This document shows, piece by piece, positions 12,940-25,820 of a DNA stretch of 64,000 nucleotides (position 1 is the first letter of the stretch; each line of letters opens with the position of its first letter). The stretch comes from Moniliella sp. 'wahieum' (taxonomy: Eukaryota). Location: contig RSEE01000017.1 of assembly GCA_003971905.1 (NCBI GenBank), forward strand, positions 434,001 through 498,000, read 5' to 3'. Below the pieces are notes generated by a model. That model did no database searches. It saw nothing but the letters and a program-made list of their open reading frames with translations, and had not been told where the DNA came from. The position numbers and the translations under genes were made by a program.

Positions 12940-15076
12940 CTAGAGTTCCTGTTGAGAAGGCATCGGTACATCCTCTGTCGCAGCAGCGGTGGACGCATCA
13001 ACAGACCTTCTGGGCCGGTGCCCCGAAAGGTTGCGCGCCAGGCGTTCCAAGTCTTCGGAGGATTGCCCTGGCGCAGCGTCCTCGTCGATCATCGCTCCTT
13101 GATCATCGAAATTGTTGACTCGATCGACCGCCGCCGGTTGGATGGGGAGGACATGGTCGTACCCAGCGAGAAGACCGAGAGTGGCGATGGGCCCCCGGCG
13201 GGCGGAACGATGTCTTTTGCCACTCAAGTTGGCCTTGCCGCCCGCATTGGCGAACGAGGCAAAGGGGCTGGTTTGGCAGGCGTGCTCTCGGCCCCAGTCA
13301 TGCCTGAAGCGAAGTGACGGGGGAGGAAGGCGTGGACGAGCCGGTGGGAGATTGCGTCAAGACACTTCCTTCGGCCGACTCGATCCCCATCATCGCCTCG
13401 GGCGAGTTGGCATCAATCAGGTCGGGAGGCAAACGCTCGTTCTCAATGTCCACCTTGCGAGCGTCGTCGAAGCCGTGGATGTTGTCCTTGACCTCTTCGG
13501 CACCAAGGACAGGCTGTCGTACGGCAAACTTGTCTCGCCCGCCGCCGAGCGAAGTTCCGAGGACCGCTCTGTCTCTTCACGCAACAGGGAGAAGACACGA
13601 GACATACGGCCGACAGAGAGAATCTTGTTCTTGATTGCCACCCGGCGCTCGCCATTCTCATCAATGAAGGATTCTTCATCGTCCACCTCCACATCTTCAT
13701 CGCTCGCTGGCACGCCCTCCCCGCCCTCGTGCTCAGACACAAGATCTTCCTCGTCCTCCTCTTCCAGTTCCTCCTTGGAGCAAATGTTGAGGAGAGAAAT
13801 GAGCATGTCAGTGATCTTTTCACCGACAAAAGGGAGGGACCAGGTAAAGACATCCATAAAGTTGGGAAGCCAGTAAGGATGGGGGGACGCATTGAACTGG
13901 CGAATGTTCATGACGTTGTTGTCATACTTGAGCACAGCCGCCTTGTTGTTGTACACATCAAGATAGTTGGGAGCCGAAAAGATGGTCATGACTGAGGGGA
14001 AACCAGTGGTCTTGTTTTGCGATACATGCGGTAGCCGGCGTCCTGCGCCTCGTGAGCCCGAATGACAGACAGAAGGTTGTTGCGCTCAAGGAACTGGCAG
14101 GTGGCGGCATAGGTGAAAAAGTAACTACAGCCGCGGACGTGGTTGTGAAGGAAGAGGTCGTTGGTCTTTTCTGACCAAAATCCTCGCATGGATCCGCCCA
14201 AAGAGGTCACACATCAGTCCATGCGTCGGGTTCGCGGAAGCGGTTCAAATCGCGCAGGTCGTCCAGAGTTTGCAGTTCGGGAGAGAGACCCCATGAATGC
14301 AAAGGAATTGCTTGTTCATCAGAGCGCCAAGGGGAAGAGTGCAGAACGATTCCATGCACTCGTCGTAGATGTGTTCTGAGTACTTATGTTTACCTATGAA
14401 GGGAAGAGGCCCATGAGGCAAAGACAGGACAGTCAGCAGCAGGATTCAAAGCAGGGCTAAAGGAGTGCGACATACACTCGAGTTTGAAGGTGAAGTAGTC
14501 GGTCAAGTGGCGGCACTCGTGGTTCCCGCGCAAGAGGAGAACCGATTCGGGGTAGCACATCTTGAGGGCCCACAAGTACAATACACACTCGATGGAGAAG
14601 TAGCCGCGGTCGACATAGTCGCCCAAGAACAGATACCTCGTCTCGGCGGGATTGCCCCCCACCTCAAAGAGCTTCATCAGGTCGTAATACTGCCCATGAA
14701 TATCCCCGCAGACCGTGATAGGCGCGTCGACTTCGAGAAGGTTGGGTTCGGTGCGGAGACCTTGGTAGCACCATGGATGATGAAAAGAGCCTGCTCGTCC
14801 GAAAGACGGCCTTCGCGGTAGAGGTGGTTTTTGAGAAAGGCCAGGTCGGGCTTGTGTGCTCGGGGTCGGCATAAAACTGCTCGTCGGTAGGAAGATGAAA
14901 TGCGGGGGCCTGGACATCCTTGATAACGCGCTCTTGGGTGGAGACTTCGGTGCCATCGTCCAGGGTATGGACAGTGAAGTCATCTCGGGCTTGGGCAGCT
15001 CGCTCTTGCGCTGGATCTCGTCGAGGGCAGCGTGGAGATGCTCCTTGTGGGCCTGGGCCGAGGGGGTCGAGGCCAT
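12940..15076 (-). CDS. CNA1: Calcineurin catalytic subunit A (PP2B)
   Basis: [44 protein letters not shown], CnB-binding [23 protein letters not shown], CaM-binding [21 protein letters not shown], autoinhibitory D.ENERLPP. Intron 14394-14475. Confidence 0.96.
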
Positions 15077-15771
15077 GGCGACAGAGATGGGTAAGCGGAG
15101 GGCGGGTGTGGGGGTGCTAGGTGGTGGGGGTGGTGGTCGTCGCTGGTGGTGTTGGTAACGCCAGCTGCCGCCCAGCCCAGCCCAGCCCAGCCCAGCCGCA
15201 GCGTGTGCAAGCTCCGAGGCAGTGCGGCCGGCCAAGAACAGCAGGCGAAGGGCGCGTGGAGCAGCAGGCGGGGGCGGCCGCGACGGCTCAGTGGCCCCGT
15301 GCCGTGCCGTGCGGCCCGCATATCCCCCCTGCGGTCTTGTGCCCCTGCTTCGGGCTGCCACGCCCGACTGGCCGGATGCCTGTGGAATAACGCGCGGATT
15401 TGTCCTGGCGGATAGGGTTCCCTCCAGCTGTTCGGCCTCTGGGGACGTGGCGTGTGGGCGGGGGGGGGGCGGGCGGCCCGGCAGTGCCGACGCGCCGACG
15501 CAGACAAGACGCCGCCGCAACCACGGCGCCGCCCGGGTCGGTGACACACCACCGCTGAGGCTCAGCGCTCATGCACTCCTGCACTCCTGTCGCCCTACGC
15601 GCTGCCCAGGCTCACACGACTCCGGCTGCCACGTCCCCACTCTCCACCCTCGCCCATCCACCCACAATCAGCCACCTATGTATCCATCCATCCACCCAAT
15701 GCCCCAGCGGCCCGCCCGCGCATACCTTGCCCAACGCATAACAATCAGCCCCCCCGGCCACCTCCCCCTGG

Positions 15772-16864
15772 CTAGTCTGGCCCGAGCACGTACAATAGGC
15801 ACCGCCGGATCCCAAGGCCCTGCCAGGCTCTGCCGGCTGGCTTGAGCCCAGTGCAGCCACAGCGGTCCGGCCCCCGTCACGAGCAGAAGCAGCACGCCGT
15901 GCAGCGCCAACACTACCCGCAGCGCAGGGGTCGCAGCTGGGTCAACGAGTAGCCATGCAGCAGCGTGCCCACCACCAGCGTCACACCAAACAGCCCAACC
16001 GACGCAGCAGCACCAGCGCCCTTCGCTCCCGCTCCCGTGCTGCGCTGCCTCGCGTCTGCGTAGATAGGTACCGCACCATCCGTGACCGTCCTGCCGGCAC
16101 AAGGGCAAAGAGGAAGAGACTGGTGAACAGGAGGGCAAAAACGCCTGCCTCAGACCGTAGGCGGGAAGCAAGGACCACACTCGCAGACATGGCCGCGCTC
16201 AAGGATATGTGCGATGGCAGCGAACCATCGCCACTGTCGCGCGATCCAGCCACAATGTATTTGACCCCTGCCTCGGGCGAGGGCGCATCGCCGCCCCGCC
16301 TGTGCGGCCGAATGGGCATCAAGGTAGGTCCCGAAAGACGGTATTCGGCGGCAGCCAGATGGAGGGCAAGAGACCGCCGGATAATCCCCAGATCGAGTCG
16401 CTTGTCGTTGAGGCGGTCATGGTGCGCATGAGTGGCGAGAGAGCGTAGAGCACGAGACAGAGTAGCAGAAAAGAGAGACCGTCTGAGCTCGCTCCTCCGA
16501 CGGACCATCGGCACGGGGTTTGGGCTGAGCGATGGCGCGAGTGGGAGACAGCTGGGATGACTGCAGCGCCTCACACACGGCCCACCCCATGACAGTGAGA
16601 AACGCGATGGCCAAGGACACGAGCGGTGGGTGCCACACCCGTGCTTGCAGGCGGAGGAAAACGGCAACAAATACCAGGATGATGTTGAGTTGTGTGCCGA
16701 GGGGAAGGGCAGCAGGACGAGCTGGGCAAGGCCCCGGCGGGGCGGAGGCGGGGCTCTGAGGGAGGCAAGAAATGACGGGGGCGTGTAGTTATCGGCGTAG
16801 GGTTGACGCTGCCAAAGGATGCGGCGCCATGGCGGCAGCGGCCCCCTGCCGCCGGGACCGGCAT
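15772..16864 (-). CDS. GPI2: GPI-GlcNAc transferase subunit Gpi2/PIG-C
   Basis: WRRILWQRQPYADNYTPPSFL at the N-terminus, ISLSAAMSASVVLASRL, and C-terminal GPWDPAVP, all characteristic of GPI2. Ends approximate. Confidence 0.88.
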
Positions 16865-17088
16865 CGACTAGGCAGGCTGTGGTGATGCAAAAGGGAGGCG
16901 GAGCGTGGACGGCTGGTGGCCTCGGTGCTAACGCAGATGGACTGATTGACTGGTCACAGTCGTCTGTCCTTGCTGTGGGCACTACCTGACGCGGAATCAA
17001 CACTATTTTGCCAAGCGGTGTGGAGCCGCAGGGCGGAATGAGGCCCTTTGCTGCACCAGCTGGATAAGCCAGCCGTCCGCTGTCATAA

Positions 17089-17183
17089 GGCAATGTGCCC
17101 GAGCGGTTAAGGGGATTGATTAGAATTGCATTCTAACCATCAATTAGGCTCTGCCTGCACAGGTTCGAATCCTGTCATTGTCG
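17089..17183 (+). tRNA. tRNA-Ser(AGA) with 13-nt intron
   Basis: Acceptor GGCAATG/CATTGTC, anticodon arm ATTGA-TT AGA A[TTGCATTCTAACC]A-TCAAT, long variable arm, T arm ACAGG TTCGAAT CCTGT, followed by a T7 Pol III terminator. Confidence 0.93.
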
Positions 17184-17534
17184 TTTTTTTGTCGGAAGTA
17201 TCTTGCTTCGGAGCTGGACAACCGCACCAACTTCGCCATTGTTGAAGAGGCCATTGCGTGTTACGCTGGATCCAGGCGTTGAATACCTTCGCCCATTGGC
17301 CTGTGCCTGACCATGCCGGTGCGCTTCACCTTAAGGTTAACACGTAACATGTTAACACGCGATCGTATCCCATTCACATAACGTAAGATTGACGCACTGG
17401 CCACGCTGGAAAGCGTTTCCACCCTCCAAATTGAGCCGCCGTAGCAGTTTGAACAGATCGCTCTCTCTCTCTCTCTCTTTGCAACCACCACGCGACGCGC
17501 TATCTGTACTGAGGACCTCACTCGAGCAAGCACC

Positions 17535-20174
17535 ATGTCGTTCGATCCGGAGAATGTGTTCAAGGCGCTCACATTTGAGGACAAGTGTTCCTCGTAGCCG
17601 GGGTTGACATGTGGAGAACGTATGCAAAGGGGGAAGCGCACTTGCCCTATATTAAGTTGTCCGATGGCCCTGTCGGAGCCCGTGGCGGCGGCGGGTTGAT
17701 GGACTCGGTTCCAGCCGCCCTCTTCCCCTCTGCCAGTGCGCTAGGGGCTACCTTTGATCGTGCTCATGCGTTTACGATGGGGCAGTGGATCGCCCAGGAC
17801 GGACGGTCCAAAGCGGCGCACGTCATTCTCGGCCCCACCATCAATATGGTTCGCGATCCTCGCAATGGCGTACGTTCGAGACTTTTCAGAGGATCCACTG
17901 TTGTGTGGAACGTTTGGCCGGGCGCTTGGGTGCGTGGCTGCCAGTCGACGGGTGTGGGCGCCTGTTTGAAGCATTTCGTCGCCAACGAGACGGAGACTGC
18001 GCGTCGCATCTCCTCCTCCAATGTGGATGAAGTTGTGCTGCGGGAGATCTACCTTAAGCCGTTTCAGATTGCCTTCGGGACGTGGCTCGCGCCATTGGAG
18101 CAAAGGGAGAGGAGAAAGCTGCTCCTTTCAATGGCCAGAGCGCGGCGTTCATGACGGCCTACAATCGGGTGAACAGGGTGAGTGCATCGAGCACTACGGC
18201 TGTGGCAGGATGTGGTTCGCTCCGAATGGGGTACGAGGGGCTGTCATGTCCGATTGGTTTGCTCTGCATGATCATGCACTCAAGACGACCGATTTGGAGA
18301 TGCCTGGTCCCTCCATTTTCCGCAAGCCAGAGACAGTCAAGGCCCTCATTGAGAAGGGGGAAATTACTCAAGACGACCTTGATGCACGGTCAAACGCGTG
18401 CTGCAGCTCATCAAACGAGTGGAGCCGCTTGGGCTGCTTACGTCTGTGGACGAAGAGAATGAGTCTTCGGTGCGTAGCAAGGAACTTTCCAGCGCGATTC
18501 GCACCATTGGCGCCGAAGCAGCCGTGCTGCTAAAAACGATGGCATCTTGCCCCTCGCTTCAGGAGCACATGCCCCCAAGAAGGTTGCGCTTGTTGGTGCC
18601 CCTGCCATCGCTGCCAAAGCGTTTCAATCGGGTGGGGGCAGTGCCAATCTGACCTCGCAGTACCTGTCTCCACCCATTGATGCCCTCAAAGAAGGTCTCG
18701 GTTCGTCCGAGTTTACCTACCACGAGGGTGTGCCCATGTGGGAATTTCCTCCTAGTCCTCCCAATGGTCCGGTGAAACTAGAGTTTTTCAATGGCAAAGC
18801 AGAAAGGGGATGTCACATGCTTTGCCACGCTGGAAAGGATGCGCTCGAGTGGGGAAGAGCATGACCCCGCTCCCGTCCGGAGCTGAAGTCGGGAACTGGT
18901 TTGTGCGTCTGACCACAACCCTTTCCCCGCCATCCGAAGGAAAGCACAAGCTGGCGATTGTGGGGCTGGGAACGGTTTCTGTCCAGGTTGCCGGGGAGGA
19001 AACCTGGACTGAGACGTTTGAGAAGGATGTGGCTATGGTTGCTGTCAATCCCCCAACGGTGGAAGAGCAGGGCATACTCTTCTCCAATCAGCCGAAAGAG
19101 GTGACAGTGGAGTACCGTCCTCCTGACCGCTATTCGGACGACAAGGGGCTTGATGAATGGCGCGCAATGCTCACTATTCCATCTTCTTGTCTGGCTGGAT
19201 TGAAGATCAGGACGAGCAGATCCCCATCGACGAGGCGGCCAAGGCAGCGGCTGAGGCTGATCTGGGTGTCTCTCCTCCATATCAAGCGCCCATACAGCCA
19301 TTTTGAGAAGCTAACACGTTTTAACAGCCATTGTTTTGTTGGAACGGGATCGAGCTTCGAGGGGGAGGAGAACGATCGTCAATGTTGACGCTGCCCAAGA
19401 ACCAAGACAAACTTGTCGCCCACGTCCTTCAGCATCAGCCTCAAAGTGGTGGTGAGCGTTACCGGGGCAGCAGTCGAGATGCCTTGGTTCTCTTCTGCCG
19501 CGGCCGTGGTACAAACCTGGTTTGGCGGACAAGAGTCCGGGGCTGCGATTGCCGATGTTCTGCTTGCACGCGGGGACGCCCCAGCGTCGGGAGGATGCCC
19601 AGTACATGGCCCATTAAAACTCGCGACCTTCCGACAGCCGCAAGCGCTCGTCTCTTCCCAGGCGTGAAAGAGGAGGAGGATCCCGTGGGCCCAAATGTTA
19701 CTACGATGAAGGTGTCAAGATTGGAGCAGCGCATTTTGAAAGTACGCAACTGAAACCGCTGGCATGGTTTGGACAAGGCCTCGGCGGATACACAACGTTC
19801 TCCTACACGTTGTTGGGGATCCAAGGTACACTCTCCGGCCCGAGTTCGACAGTGGAAGTGAAAGTGGAGGTCACCAACACGGGCTCACGTTCGGGCAAAG
19901 GAGTAGTGCAGCTCTACGTTCTCAACGTGGGTGGGCGCGCCCGGAAACTTGCTGCGTTCGAGGCGGTGCGTCTTCCGCAAGGCGAGGCGAAGCAGGTCAC
20001 GATCGATCTAGACCAAGAGGCGTCTCGTGGGTGGGAGGCGAGGATGGCCACTGGTCGGTCGAGGCTGGAGATACGAGGTTGTCCTGGCCTTGTCGTCCAA
20101 CCCCAAGGATGAGCTGGCCCGAGGGAGATCCAGGTGAGCCAGACATGGGCATGGAAGGGACTGGGCCGGTCTAG
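17535..20174 (+). CDS. GH3 beta-glucosidase with PA14-like insert and Fn3-like C-terminus, no evident signal peptide
   Basis: IKLSDGPVGARG, LGPTINMVRDPRNG, CLKHFVANETE, LREIYLKPF, MTAYNRVN, nucleophile motif MSDW, DLEMPGP, VTNTGSRSGKGVVQLYV. Many indels and a probable intron ~19266-19328. Confidence 0.92.
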
Positions 20175-20842
20175 GCGGGAGACGAAGAAAGCATCATACA
20201 TGTCTCCCATCCACTCGGCAATCTGATTGGGTGCAAGCGACGTGGTCGTATATGGCAGACAGAGATGATGGCGATGGGGTTAGACGGCGCAAAAGCAAGG
20301 GGGCGGGAATGGGTCCGCTATTAATGGCGGTTATTTGCTTGCACAATGTGGTTCTTGCAGCACCGCGCTTGCTCCCTACGTGCTGACATGTGGCATGCGA
20401 GATGCGATCCGGCGCATGGGACAGCGTGCGGGGCTGTGCGCTGCTGCTGCGAGCACTGGGAGTTGTGTGTAGCGCAGCGAGAGAGCAGGGGACATCAAGT
20501 TGGCAGTACTAATTGGCCGCACACTCCGTGCGTTCGCTTCCCTCCATGCATGCCCGCCGCTGCACGCCAGCCAACGCACAGCCACGCATGCGCTGGCACA
20601 CTCAACACGCTCTTCGCTCCGGGGCTCCCTGCCCGCTGCTGGTCTGCTGCTTCACCACCACCACCATCCCCCTCATCCTTCTCCACATCTCTCCCATTGC
20701 CACAACACCCCATCAACGAAATAAGCCAGTCCCCCGCTCCCATCCGCTCCCTCCCGCGCATTCGCCCGCAAGCCTCGTCCTCCTCCTCTTCCTCCTCCTC
20801 CCAAAATGCAAAACCCACTCCCGCGCACCGTCACCCGTGCAT

Positions 20843-23039
20843 ATGATCAGTGCATACAACCATCGAGTAGCGAGCCCGCTGTCTCCACCTTTGCCTCCTG
20901 CTTCTGCCCTCAAGCATCACCAATCCACCTCGTCTGCGGTGACAATGAAGAGACCTTTTGAGACAGGACGGTATCCATACGAAGCACCGTGAGCACTCTC
21001 TTCAAGCGACATTATTCCAGCAACTTTGGTCCATCTCCACCAACCCCGTTGACTCAGCCGACGTGTCCATCCATAATTTCCGCGACATCAACCAGCTGCC
21101 TGTTCCTCAAATATATGCCACGCACGCCCTTCTTTACCCCTATGACATGTTGGATGAGGAAGAGTTGGACGACGAGTGCATGAAATCCAGTATGAGCCCG
21201 ACGGCAAGGGAGGACACCGCATTGTCACCGCTGGCCCCGGGATGGACAATCCCTCCATCTGGAGCGTCAGAGCCAATCCCCGGGCCTTTATCAATGGTGG
21301 AACGGTTCTACTTTGCTCTTGTCCCTACTCGTGCTGTTTGCTGGCTACCCATCCTGTCTCACTATCGCCATCACAAAAACTCCTTCGACAATCAAGGGGG
21401 CTATGGCCTTGGGGGCAAACGCTTCCGGTCAAGTGGGCCACATTCCCGGGGTCCGCACATCACTCATTGACCCCGACACACCCCAAGATGCCTACACTCG
21501 CCTTTCTGTTGATGGTACCCGACCTTGGCCCTCGTCTTTTCCGATGAGTTTGAAACCCCAGGCCGCAGTTTTTATCCTGGTGATGAGTAAGTATCCACAT
21601 CATGCCTCCCCCACCTCTCTTTCTCAGGATATACTCAATAGACGTTATAGTTACGATGAGTGGAAATTCACTGACCTTCTTCAGTCCCTTTTGGGAAGCT
21701 GTCGATCTCCATTACTGGGCCACCAACAACTACGAATGGTACGACCCAGCTGCTGTGACGACGGTAATGGCGCGCTTCGCATTACCCTAAGCGAACCTGA
21801 GCATAATCTGAACTTTCGTGGGGCATGATTCAGTCCTGGAACAAATTTTGCTTACAGGGGGTGCGCTGGTGGCCAATGTGCGCCTTCCAGGAAAAGCCAA
21901 CGTGGCCGGTCTCTGGCCAGCAATCTGGATGATGGGGAACTTGGGGCGTGCCGGGTATGGCGCCACGTTGGAGGGTACGTGGCCCTACAGCTATGATGCA
22001 TGCGACGTGGTACCCTCCCCAACCAGACAGACCCCTTGACACTCTTTCCCGATACCTCTACCCTGGGCAATTGCGTTTACAACCGTAAACACAACAGCAA
22101 ATCCCTCTCTTATCCCCGGGCAACGATTGTCGGCTTGCACCTGTCCGGGCGAGGACCACCCCGGCCCGCAGTTTCCCAACGGCTCCTATCCGGGCCGGAT
22201 GGCTCCTGAGATTGATCTTTTCGAGGCTCAGGTGAACCAAAACGAAGGCATGACTGCTTCCCAGAGTGCTCAGTTCGCCCCATACAATGCCTACTACCGT
22301 CCCATGGCCAAGCCCGAATTGCTAAACCATCGAACCATTGTCAATTCCTATACAGGCGAGTTGACCAGCAAAGCATTTCGGGCGTTACTGCTACAGACCA
22401 GACGGGCGTGCAGTATTTGCCCGACAACCACGGGGACGTTCACCGAGTTTGCTGTCGAGTACCAGCCGGCCATGACGGATTCATCCAATGGGAGGCAAGC
22501 GGAAACCAAACTGGCGGCTCACTCCGGCCCAATTGGCACCGGATCCCATTTCGGGCATTGCCTCTCGCCCCATCTCACCAGAACCGATGAGCATCCTAGC
22601 CAACGTGGGCATCTCGGAGAACTTTGGCGCCCCTTCGTGGAACCAGCTGATTTGGCCCTCTTCAATGGAAGTGGATTGGATCCGGGTATACCAGGATCCC
22701 AGCAAGACCAACGTGGGGTGTGACCCGCCCGACTACCCCACTGCTGATTACATCAATCGTCATTTGGAAGCGTATACCAATCCCAATTATACACTCTGGG
22801 GAAACGATGTGGCGTCGGGTGGGTACGGGGCCAACTGGCCACGCAACCGGCTCAACCCGGACGGTTGCAACGTTTCGCCTTCCACCCAACCAGGAAGCCC
22901 CAGCCAGCCCATCCCCAAAGCTCCCGCATACCTTCTGCATCGATTGGCACCCACCAGCCTCAGTGCTTCATATCGTCTTGGAACAGCGGACAGCAACCAT
23001 AAACGAGTACAAACTAAAGACTATAAAGGACGACAATAA
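20843..23039 (+). CDS. KRE6: Beta-1,6-glucan synthesis-associated GH16 protein KRE6/SKN1
   Basis: Single TM helix then LIDPDTP, VFSDEF...FYPGD|DPFWEAVDLHYWATNNYEWYDP (intron 21587-21684), GLWPAIWMMGNLGRAGYGATLEGTWPYSYDACD, catalytic APEIDLFEAQ, CDPPDYPTADYINRHLEAYTNPN. Termini approximate. Confidence 0.92.
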
Positions 23040-23845
23040 AACCCCTACGTCTCGTGTCCTCTCCTCTTTTCTCTTCCTTCTCTATCCCTCAGACAGTGAC
23101 CACTGTTCTTGAGTTGCAGACAGGTAGGTGTCTGCGTGTACCTCTCTCTTTGATATGGAACTACTAGGATATTGTACCCGTTCTTCCCTCGGCTTTTTTG
23201 TCTCAGCCCTGTCTGCATATTACTGGCCGAGCCGGTGGGGGCTTGCAGCGTGATGACGGGAGCCCGAGCCATCGTTTCGGGGCACTTGGTTTCCATATTG
23301 AAGGTGAGGCCTGAGGAGGGACCATTCACAGTTGATTGAGCCTGGACACTACTGAAAGGAACGGAGCAATGGAGACGAGGTGTGAGAGAGGCCCCTTAAT
23401 TGGGACATTGGCTCGCGCGCGGCAGAGAATAACAGTGTGTGGTTGCGCTTGTGCCGGAACAACAGCAGGACTAACGGGCCTGTAGTCTGTAGTCCTAGAG
23501 GGTTGGCCGTAAGGCCGTGACCGGTGACGCATGCAACGGCCGGGCGGGTAGGACACGCCTTGCTGTCACTGGAACACTCTTCTCTCGCAGGACCACCACG
23601 GGATAATATCTAAAGCTAAAATGCACAGGAGTGAGACCTATACATACCACACCTATATATATCCCGTATCCCGCCCACTAGGATCTCATCAACCCACCAC
23701 TGTAGACGCCACTGGGCCTATAGCTCTGAAACAAGAAAACCTGAACTGATAGAATCGCAGGCCTGCTAATTATCTCGCGTTTGCTACGCAAAAAAAATGT
23801 ACTTGTTAAAATGGATATATGCATAAGTTGCTTTGGAGATAAAAT

Positions 23846-23929
23846 GGGCGGATAGCTCAGTTGGTAGAGCACGCTTCGCATGTCTATTGCTTCTGTGTGA
23901 GGTCTGGGGTTCGATTCCCTATTCGTCCA
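23846..23929 (+). tRNA. tRNA-Ala(CGC) with ~13-nt intron
   Basis: GGGCGGA/TTCGTCC acceptor with G3:U70, D arm GCTC..GAGC, TT CGC A + intron, 3' strand GTGTG, T arm TGGGG TTCGATT CCCTA, then a T-run. About 2 nt (GC) appear missing before the anticodon stem, probably an assembly deletion. Confidence 0.85.
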
Positions 23930-24059
23930 TTTTTCCTACTTGGAGATTTATTTATTGCTTTTGGTTCAATCCTTTCGTCTGTGAGGGTAGTCGTGTCTCT
24001 CCCTTTCTGAATTCATATCATTGACAGAGCTTAAGGCTAGGACAGGGGGAACGCTACGT

Positions 24060-25200
24060 CTAAACCGAATTGTTCATCTTGCGGGAGTTGTTTGAAAGTG
24101 CCACTAAGGTCAAGGAACCAGGGGGCAGGATATCAGGACCCTCCGGCTCTCGCCATCCGGTCCCGTACCCTAGGTAGCGCGTGTGGACACGGATGAACGT
24201 GGTTGACATCCGAGCGAGGAACCATTTCCACTGAGACTTGGTAGCCAACTCCTTCCACAATGCGCAAAAACTTGCCCGCTGTCTTGGTACCGTAGTATCC
24301 TCGCGTCGTCAAAACCAGGGGGAAAAACTGCTCTTGAGTGCGTCCCTGGTACTTGGCGTTCTTGTCGCATTCTGCTTGTTCAAGCAGCCGAAGCAGTTCC
24401 GTCTCCCGGCGTTCCAGAGGCGACGCAGTGCTCTTGTGCACCACCCGCCGATACGCGCTCTGCGCCTCATGCGTTCCCGTGTCGCGCAGCGTATGGTCGA
24501 CCTCCTGATTCCGGTTCCTCCCAGTGCTCCAGGCCCCATCACGCGATAGTCGGTGCGCTGCGCCCTCGGTCCGTGCCTCGTCCCATCCTCGTCCTCCACC
24601 ATAGGTTCGTTGCGGACGTGAGTGTCGGGGATGGAGCGTATGAGCTGGAGAATGGGCCCGCACTGCCTCATGCAACGCACCAAACTGGCCTGGGTGCGGG
24701 TGCAAGACATGATGTGCCAGCGCGAGGACATGACACCGCACTTGCACCTGCTGCGCGTGGTGCGACACAGCGTGCGGAGCTGGAGACCCACCTGGACCTC
24801 CTGGTCAGAGAGCTTGAGGTACGGGACGGACGGAATGGCGGAGAGCCAGTTGTGGCTCAGCGGGTTGCTGTGCTCAACCACATGGCGACCATCGACAGCG
24901 TAAGAAAAAGTACCCCCTCAACACCCAAGGGCAAGGCGCCCGTGAGGGCACATCGCCGCAAGGGAGATGAGGAGAGAAGGCCCTGCACCCCGAAGAGAGC
25001 AAAACCGACGAAAAGATTGAAGCGACTCTGCGCCCCGTAAGGAACGCAGCGGCCACCGCGCGCCAGTACCAACGACAAAGCGGGTCGGGCGTGCAATGCC
25101 GGCACATGATGGTCGAACTGAGAATGCTTGAGCTCCAGTCCTTCGCTCCCATAATATCTCGCTTGCAAAACTCGGGAAGAACAAAAAACCTGCTTTGCCC
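24060..25200 (-). mobile_element. 5'-truncated non-LTR retrotransposon fragment (CRE/Cnl1/MoTeR-like): CCHC zinc knuckle plus restriction-like endonuclease
   Basis: Stitched translation: VEHSNPLSHNWLSAIPSVPYLKLSDQEVQVGLQLRTL-CKCG..H..C-(LHEAV)-EP..RTDYRVMGPGALGGTGI.EVDHT...AECDKNAKY..FFPLVLTTRG...W..RMSTTFIR. This is the C-terminal architecture of RLE-type elements. No RT motifs seen. Confidence 0.75.
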
Positions 25201-25820
25201 ACCACAGGTGCACTTCGCGTTTTTGCTATCGTGCAGTGTATCAGCAAGTTATCACACATCTACCTGCTAGTTGACGAAGACACCACTGCATAAAGACACT
25301 TTGACGCGTTAATTGAGACGTCGGTCTTGTCACCGAGCTAAAATAAGACCCCGTGGCATGTGTTAATAGGCCCTATACGACTGCCACTGTCACTCGTTCT
25401 TGCGTTATAGTCGCATCCTCTCGATCATCATCTCCGTCATCTCTTCGTTTCCTTCCCTTCTCTGAGCTACTGTTAAAACTAGGGGGGAGGGTGCACGCAA
25501 GTCTCAAAGAAAGACGTAAGAAGTGAAGGGTAACAAAACGCTCACATAGCCTTTGGCATGAGGCACATCAGACGTAAGGTATAATTCAGGAATTTCCCCG
25601 TCTTCGTAATTGAAGGGAGCCCACACATAGATCGCAATCATCGGCACGGGCTTCTCTGGACCCCCTTTGCAAGAGGCAACACCCAAAACAAGAGGTCACA
25701 AAAAGAAGGGGCAAGAAAGAGAACAAAGTAGGGGGGGGGGGCGGATGGAATGGTATAATGACACCTCAGTGAGAGGCAAGAGAGAGAGAGAATATGCGGG
25801 AGGAACGCATTTACCGTCTC

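Noticed and set aside
15140..15770. Multiple overlapping 90-200 aa ORFs and a (GCCCA)n run between CNA1 and GPI2
   Set aside because: Very high GC suppresses stop codons; products are low-complexity Arg/Pro/Gly with no motifs. Treated as UTR or promoter.
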